Shown: piece by piece, positions 55,763 to 64,000 of the stretch | Layout of the letters: every line of letters begins with the position of its first letter | How positions within the stretch are numbered: the first letter of the stretch is position 1 | Source: the human T2T-CHM13v2.0 reference genome, Homo sapiens | Direction: 5' to 3' (one strand) | Length of the DNA stretch: 64,000 nucleotides | NCBI RefSeq assembly: GCF_009914755.1 | Contig: NC_060931.1 | Notes under the pieces: generated by a model | Seen by the model: the letters and a program-made list of their open reading frames with translations, nothing else | What the model was told of the DNA's origin: nothing | Databases searched by the model: none | Translations under genes and position numbers: made by a program

Positions 55763-57599
55763 CCTCTCTAGCTTCTGAGACATTTTAGGGCATAATTTGC
55801 CAAGTTGTGTGGTGGTTTGAGAATCGTATGATGTGGCACCATAAAAAATCAAATAATTTAACATACATCATTTAAACTAGGTCTCCAAAAATAAGTGTAC
55901 CATCAGTGGTTGCTTCATCTAATCCATGTTTAATGGCTGCACCATATTTGAAATGATAATCATCAGTTGACACGTCAGAACTAAGTGTCTTTTAAAAATA
56001 TATACTCCAAATACTATCACTGATATTAGTAAGTGATCAATTACTTATATAGAGAGAGGAAGAATAAAAGTGCTGTTGGATTATGGCATATAATTGAAAG
56101 TATCTGTCATTGTTAAACTAACAATTTGAGAACATTGTTTCAAATATCAGGAATTTGACCTTTAAACCTCAAGATGTAATGCACTAAATTTAATAAAAAG
56201 CCTCATTATAATTGTATTTGCTTAAAGAGAGTCCCAGAAACAGTTAAATAACTTAAAAGCAAGAGTAAGTTACCTAGGTAAGGAAATATAATATACAAAA
56301 CTCAAAACATGCCTATTATAAATTGCAATAATTTGATGTAAATGCATTATCCCATTTAAATAAGCAAGGCCTAGTTGCATCTTCTACTTCTGGAAGTTGA
56401 CTCAGTAATAGCCACTTTCATTGGGTGTCAGAGTGTTTCTAGGAATCATATTTCTCTGTGTCTTCTATTTGCTCTTCACTCTCCTTTCTGTCAGCCTATT
56501 GCAGCCTATACCACATTTCACACCTGCCACACAAAAGGACAGGGGAGTTCTCAAGTTGGAGGTGGAGGGAAGTAGGATTATTTTTACCAAAGAGCAGTTT
56601 TTAGGTGTTACAATAAAATTTGTACTATATTTTAGCTATACTTCACCTAACTTGGTTTAGTGGGCAAACGATTCTTTAGCAGGGGAAAATGTTTTTAGAG
56701 TATCACAACCCATTGCAAATCAATGTTGGTAAATTAGCTCATAGGTGTATTAGAGATTGCCAAAATCTTTCATGTTTCAAAAATTCTATTTTCCATATTG
56801 TTCCAATATTGATGTTATTCAGTGTCTCAACACCTATCACAAAGAAGGCTTCCAGTTAGCCCTTAATGTAGGTTGTTTGAATAAAATCAGTGAGCATATA
56901 ATATGTTATAACAATAATAAATTCATATAATTATAAATAATAGCATTTCTATTATAGTCTCTATGCTACACAAATGATTTGGATTATACTTTTGCTAATA
57001 TACTGTGAAGCCACATTCGTCTGGTTCTTATAAAATGTTTCAGAATTACAATAATTTTACACTTGAAAATTTATTCCAGAAAGTTTGCTATTCCATGTAG
57101 AGAATATCTCAATGTTGTAATGTCAGACATCATACTTACATTAATATGTGCTGCTACAAAGGCACCATTTTGTAGTTTGTACACATATCTCTTATTGATA
57201 CAGCTAGAGCACATGTGTATTGTCCCATGTCAACCCAAGTGCTGTGGTCTTGTCTGTGAGTGCACACTACACATTTATAAAACTAAGTACTATTTTCATT
57301 CACATGCAAATGACTATGTCAAGGAAATACACATTGAATTTGCAAGTGGCAAAAAAACATGATGAGTCTTAAGAAACTCAGAAAGTAAAGAAAAATAAGT
57401 GTTCATTTTCAAAAATATCATTTATGGTTTGGCAGCTACACAATCTACTTTTGTTCACAAGGCTAGTCTATTAAGGCAAGACACGTGTGTTTGTGGTCTT
57501 TAGTAACATCTATACTTATAATCTGTTAGTCTAGATTACTCTTTATATAATTTGCCACCACTTAGTTTGTAAAATTGACTAAAAATTTTAACAAGGTGC

Positions 57600-57623
57600 T
57601 TTTTTTTTTTTTTTTTTTTTTTT
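57600..57623. repeat. T24 homopolymer
   Basis: Direct count. Confidence 0.95.
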
Positions 57624-59469
57624 AGAAATTATCAACTGCCTAGCAAGAACACATTTGCTTCTTAAATCATGGTATATCCACAAACCAGTTGAACTAATAG
57701 AAAATAGAGGAAATGTGTTCTAATCACTTTCAAAGGTTAAGCCCATGCTTAACAGAAAATCATTAAAGTACATTTATCAGAGTCTAAAGAATGAATGACT
57801 TATCGGCAAATGAGTCATTAGTCATCTTCTTGTCATTATCTGAACTCTGCAGATACCAAACAATCCACTCAGCTCTGATTCAGGGTTTTTCAGCTTGTTA
57901 TTTGTATTATCACTGATGTAATTTTTCCTTCTTTCTTTTTAAAAACATGAACTGAAGAGGTAAACTAAGGAGTAGTCTAGAGAAAACTTTTTCCACAAAA
58001 TATTCAACTGGCTTAAATATAAAAAGGAATGAGTTTCCAAAATGATTTCACCATTAAACTAAGGGCTCATATTGAATTTAGAAAATGAGATATTCCTTTC
58101 TGTCCCTGAGTGCAAAGCAACCACTTTCAAGTAGGCCTCTGAATTCTCTTCTTTAGCCATAATACCAGTGATATCTCTTATTCCTTCCATTGCTTTTCTT
58201 TAAATTTAATCCCAAGTAGCTGTAAATCACAGCAGTCACAGTGGGAAGGTAATCATAGTATTCGTCTTTGCAAGATATTTTTGCCCTTCTGGTTTGATTG
58301 CTGCCTCTCAGTTATGGAGCTATTAATTTTTTACAGATCTTCTGTTTACCATGGCATCCTGCCTAGTATGCCAAGTGTGTTGGTTGCTTGCTGAACCTGT
58401 ATATATAACTCTGTTGGATTTAGGAATCATGGAAAACCCTGAGCATTTATTGTTAAGGGGAGCCCCAGCTGACTTTTGTTTTGCCATTTGTTAGCTAAAA
58501 TCAATACATTCTATCATTATAATCTCTGCAAAACCTTGGATGTGTGTGCCTGGCAGGCAAAACCATCAGAGAGTCTAAGATCCTCCCCAGACAGGAGAGA
58601 AAACTTATTTTTATTTTTAATTAACATAAAATGCACATCCAAACCAGCAGCTTCAAGACCCAAAGGAATGTGTTCTAAAGCCTTCAGCAGTGTGCAGTAC
58701 ACTCTCGTTTCCATATCTGCATCCTTCAATGCTTATGTGATATTCCTTTGAAATTCATTCAGCTTGAGCCAAAATAACTCTGGAAAGTGAAAGAAGCTTA
58801 TACAAACAAACAATTTTATTCAAGGATCTCTATCTTTTCTACTTTCTTTTTTTTTGATTGTTTAACACACTGTCAAAAGTTTGAATATGCATCTCTTATC
58901 TCTTTGCTGTCCATTTCTTAAACCTTACAAAATATGCCAATGAGTCAGCTGAGGAACACTAACATGTCAAACCAAATATTCCTTGCAATTTTGTCCCTTA
59001 ATAGTCTTTTGCACTCAACTTCTCTAACCTGAAGAGCATCCTGGCTTCTCTCCCTACTCATGCGTTATTAATCTTCAAAATACCCAGCTTAAAGCCTAGA
59101 GTTAAAGCTAGCTAAGCAAATATTTTATGTATTGCAGATAAAATGTAGAGAGAAGGTTTATATTTTAATAATGTTAAACTTTTATAATTATTCCTTTAAT
59201 TCATGTAGAATTACTTGTCATAAATCAGTAACAACTTTATAATTATAGGTATTTAAAAATATAATTAGTTTTTAAAAAATATAAAATGGATTTTGTTCAT
59301 GCTTTTCAAAGGTTTGAGAAAGTTTCCATATGTTTGTAAAACAAAATAACCATCAATGAGTAGAAAGCATAATTATTTATTGCTTGCTTTTTAATATATT
59401 TGCCAAAAGAACAACATCTCTGCACAAAGAACTTCTAATAAAATGAATAGAAAATTAGCAACTTGAGAG

Positions 59470-59612
59470 AACAAAGTACAAGTCAACATAAAATTGTATG
59501 ACCTTGAAAATAAATCACTTAATCTTTCAGGAATTAGGTTTTCTCTGCTGTAACATGTAAATTTTTGAGTAGATTATCTTTAAATTCCATCCTAGCTCTG
59601 AATTGCTATGAC
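59470..59612 (+). mobile_element. MIR3/MIRc
   Basis: tgtatgaccttgaaaataaatcacttaatct...tagattatctttaaattccatcctagctctga. Confidence 0.65.
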
Positions 59613-61099
59613 ATTATTTTCTCCACTCACTCTAGCTCAAGGGTGTCTGCCTTCTCTTAATTCAAAAGTTTTGGACCATTCAGCTGATAATGCTCTGCTA
59701 TGTCTCATTTCTTGTATTATGATCCAATATGCCAAATTCTAGTATGCTATTTTCACAATTATTATCAAATAGTTATTATAGACCAATATTAAGTCCTTAA
59801 AGAATTTAGATGTAAAGAGTAAAATTTAATGTGACTACCAAATGTTTAGACACTGTACATGGGCAAATAAGGCATATCAACATAGGAAATATAATACACA
59901 TTATAGCACTATACGGTCAATGCCACAGGAGTGGTTTAGAAAATAATTATAAGGAAAATTTAGAAAAGGGAAGACATTGAATAACCTTGATTTATTTTGA
60001 AACATGACTCACTGGAAACTGAAAAAATAAAAGTGAATAAAATATAATCCTGCTCTTATGTAAATCACTAGTATAATCTGAGCTAAGCTATGAACAAGAC
60101 AAGGCTATCGAGTTTCTTAACAGTTTTTTCTGAATATTTAGGGTCTGGCTTTGTTGTGAGCTCTCTGCTCATGCTGCATACATTCAATACAACATTTATC
60201 TTGATATTCCCCATAGTGCCTTCTAACTAGTAGGTACCCAATGGATATCCCTTAAGTGATTAATTCTCTTAAGCACATGAATTTATACCAAGAAATACCC
60301 TACTATACTCAGATCAGCCTGAGATAATAAAAATCTACTGGCATGATTTACACACCACTGAGTGTCAGGGCTGCTATGCTTTCTAACTTACCAGTCTCAT
60401 AATTTGGCCTGGTAAATGAGTTATGGTGAGTTGAATCACTTATGAATCAGGTTTGCTTCTGTGGCCATAACTCATGGAGATAATGGAAGGAACCAGGAAT
60501 CCCTTCTCTACCCATCTCCAACTGCTGTCTCTTTTGGTGTATAGTTCAGTCAATACCTGATACACTATTTTAAAAAATACAGTAAGGCCTTAACAGACAC
60601 ATATGTAGTCGTTTAACTTAACTTTGATTATGGCATATGAAACACCTAGAAGAAGCCAGTGCTTGAAAATTAATTAGAGAAAATGGTCTCTTTATCAACA
60701 GAAAAATAAATACTTATATTTAGAAGGTAAATCATGACTAGGAAGCCACAGAGAATACAGCAAGTTTGTTTGTCAAGAAATGTAGAAATTCCTGCCAGTT
60801 AAAGCCTGCTATCTTTCCATTTGAGACAAAAGCAGAAAGTAATCTGGCTTCCAAATGGGATCAGTGCAAACATGCATTCCTGCTTGCACACAACTTCATG
60901 TATGCAGACTTGCTGACTGCTAACTCTTAAAAGGTTGGATCAAATGTATGGCTACTACCTACTTCTTTAATGTCATTATCTCAAGAATCTTGTGAATTTT
61001 TAATACTGATTTTTACAATCTGATTTTATTGGAAACACACATGATAGAATAAATGCTATTTTTTTTTAAAAAATGAGGATTCTGTTATATGCATTAAAG

Positions 61100-61206
61100 C
61101 AGTGGTTTCAGTAAGTATAGGGTGAAGCCTAAGAATCTGCATTTTTAACAAGTTCTTAAATGGTACTGGTGCTTGTGGGCCAGGGAAAAAGCGTTGAGAA
61201 TCAGTG
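61100..61206. mobile_element. MER5A with internal deletion
   Basis: Termini cagtggttt...gagaatcagtg, core agaatctgcatttttaacaag; TSD cattaaag / catcaagg. Confidence 0.75.
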
Positions 61207-62254
61207 CATCAAGGATAAATTAAACACACTTTACAAGAAAAAAAAAAAGAAAAGAAAATTAGAGCTATTGCTCAGTGACTTCTCTAAACACATGTACTTC
61301 CTGTAACTCACATTTGTTTCAGACCCCTTGGGCAACCTGAGTTAGATTCCCAATAACTCTGATTTTGTTCAATCCACTCATCAAAGCTAAGTCTCAGAAA
61401 TAAAATGTAGCAAGAGATAATATAAATCTTCCTTTGCAAAAACATGCTGCAAAATTTGTAACCTGAAAGTCCCAAGGAAGTAGAGGCCAGAATTATTTGA
61501 GAGTAGCCATAAAAGCCAGGGTATATATCCCCTGCTGGATTCTTGCATGCAGAATTAACAAGCACTTCTTGAGTTCTAATGCAGAGGGACTCTGCATGCT
61601 GACCTACTTCTCGGGAAAGCATGATTGATTGAAGTTTGCAAAATGCTCTGAGGAAGAGAAGTTCTTTATTATTTTATCCAAGAAACCAAAAAAATTTTTG
61701 AATTTTTAACATTCTGTTTGTTACATGCCCCTATTTACAGACTATCATGTACTTTAGATCAGCAGCAGCTTACATCAAAATGTAAGAAGAGGATAATATA
61801 GAGTTGAATTTGAGTAAGTTCCAGGATCTAATTACTCCTGCTTGCTTTTCAAATGATAATTGTATTTGCTACCCTATTTGATAAAATAATATATACAATA
61901 AAAGGTCTGAAGAGAGCCAACAAAATATATGCATTAAATGATTTTAAGGTGCATCTATTAAATAATGTGTCTATTAAATAGTTTTGAGTGAGCAAAGAAG
62001 GAAAATGCATATTATGTCCTTTGTAGATATAGCTTAGGGATATTCCTGATAGTGTCTTCTTTTATTTTCCAAGGACCACTAAAAAGTACTGGGAAAGTTG
62101 AAGTAATATAAATTAATCAGAAATGAAAATGTGCTTTATACATTTAGTTAAACACACAGGCAAGGAACTGATACTTTTGTGCCAGAGTCATTTCAAGTCA
62201 TAGGTTTTGTCCTTTATTATATATTCCATGTGCTAGGAATGAAGGAGCTTGTTG

Positions 62255-62620
62255 GAGAGCAGGAAATGTCCTTTCTTGGGGTCACAGAGGCCCAAGTTAA
62301 AATCTAGGCTCTGCCGATTATTTGTTGTGTCAATGCCCCCAAGTTAACATGGCATTCCTATCCCCCAAGTTAAGTTTCTGAAATGCTGTTTTAACCTTAA
62401 TCTGATATTGATCTGCTGACGAATTAAATTTCTCTATTCCTACATTTATTTTTCTTTATGTATAAATCCACACTTGCAATTTTATGTATTTAACATCCTC
62501 AATTTCCTCATCAGGAAACTGGCATCAGCTATCAGATAAAATTGTTATAGGGATTACATGAGATGATGAAGGTGAACCTATAACACTTGGTACAATTTAG
62601 GTACTAAGCATGGCAATGTT
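62255..62620 (+). mobile_element. MIR interrupted by ~140-bp insert
   Basis: MIR 5' (aatctaggctctgcc...caagttaac) and MIR core (cctcaatttcctcatc...gggattacatgagatgat) are separated by non-MIR sequence. Confidence 0.6.
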
Positions 62621-62810
62621 TTCTCTAGGGGAAAAATTTCAACTGGTTACTTCCCAGTGAGAACTGGCAGAAGTATGTAACTTCATAGAAAACACACACC
62701 TCAGTTGTACTTCAGTTTCATCTATGGGTAACCATGCTGCACAAGAGAAGTATGGCCAAAGGCCAGTTAGTCTGTAAACATCACAGTTGAGATAAGGACT
62801 GGTTACTTAC

Positions 62811-62935
62811 CATCTTTGCATCCATATAAATAAAAGCCTCACAAGCATGTTTTAGGGGATCACTTATTTAATTCAGATTTCTCCTATTTGGATTTCTCCA
62901 TTTTGTCACCAGAAATAGCCTATGGGTATCGTCCT
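62811..62935 (-). other. Candidate 125-nt non-coding exon
   Basis: Acceptor ctgag-tgtttttgtttctttttgttctgtaccacctAG and donor ATG|GTAAGT; stops in all three frames. Confidence 0.4.
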
Positions 62936-64000
62936 CTAGGTGGTACAGAACAAAAAGAAACAAAAACACTCAGCTGAAACCTTCCTCCCAGCTAAGAAGT
63001 CATCAAGTGAAAAGAAATGTTCAAAAGAAGCCCTCAGGAAAGAGACTATGCAAATATGAATAGGAAAAAACTAGACTTCTGTCTATGGTATATGTTTCCA
63101 AGTTATCCTCCAGCTGATTACTTGGGCTAGTACAAACCATAAATTTACCCAAAGAAAATGATGACAGCATGATGCAAAATTACAGGTCCACTGACTATAC
63201 CCTACTTTTCTGGGTGATGGGCTGATCCTGTGTAATAAACACTCATATTACATTCCACAGTCGAGTACTATAGGTAGAGATTATTCACCATTGGTTTGAG
63301 TTTAGGCTTGAAGGAATAAATATGTAATCATATGGCAGGGAAAGGAACATGTAACTTTTCCTCTCTTATCACAGAAACTGCCATTTTGCTTTGGAGTTTA
63401 CAGATTACACAGAAGTCACCTAATCTTTACTGAAAACATTTACCTCTGGAAAAGGTCGACATTTTGATACAGGACAAACACTGTCACTAACCTTGGCACT
63501 AGACTTTAAATATTTTCCACCAAATATCAATAATATCAGTAATAAGTTTCATTTCTCATGAGGCCAGCTATTGACCATCTTAGGTATGCTTGACCCAAAT
63601 GAACTTGATGTAAGCAGAATCTCAGATTTGTTGCCTCAACCTTAGATTCTACATTTATTTACTTAGAAGTGTTTTCTACTTAATCCTAACATCAAATCTC
63701 ACCTTCAAGTAACAGTTGATAAATTACATATGTGGCCTATTATATGTTATTTTAGTAATGAAACTGTTCTGTTCTCCATGTAGAAATCATCAATTTTCTG
63801 ACAAGTTTTCTTAAAATGTAAGTCAAAGAAAAGGGTATAATTCATTCCCAGAGCAGAAAATAATACTAGATTCTAGATGAACTTAAGTATCTTCCAATTA
63901 AACATTCTAAGCCTAGGAATAAGCATCAAATTTCTCCGTCTTTTTTACTTCCATGGTACCACATCTCTACATGACTCTGATGAATTTTGCATCTTCATGT

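Overview
AT-rich, CpG-depleted primate (human-like) non-coding DNA, either deep intronic or intergenic. I find no intact protein-coding gene, RNA gene, CpG island or CRISPR array. The only ORFs with recognisable homology are decayed retroelement proteins: LINE-1 ORF1/ORF2 and an ERVL reverse-transcriptase fragment. The centre of the window is a 13.4-kb nested LINE-1 block (23943-37330). There, a full-length old L1 (L1PA16/17-L1PB4 type) has its ORF1 split by a full-length 6.4-kb L1PA7-type element with an exact 12-bp TSD, and its ORF2 split by a 5'-truncated AluS. Elsewhere are MaLR/ERVL LTR remnants, old L1M, L2, MIR, a FAM monomer, an AluS, DNA-transposon fossils (MER5, Zaphod/MER115, Tigger4, MER96B, MER103C) and microsatellites. 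The most interesting unexplained signals are a 35-nt templated insertion in the L1PA7 3'UTR, an L1 with a 5' inversion and a ~1.5-kb gap, fold-back palindromes near 42.3 and 42.8 kb, and strong minus-strand splice signals (a 125-nt non-coding exon at 62811-62935 and a possible terminal exon near 3.2 kb). I cannot support a novel biological system here. Subfamily calls come from recalled consensus sequences, and boundaries of old repeats are approximate.
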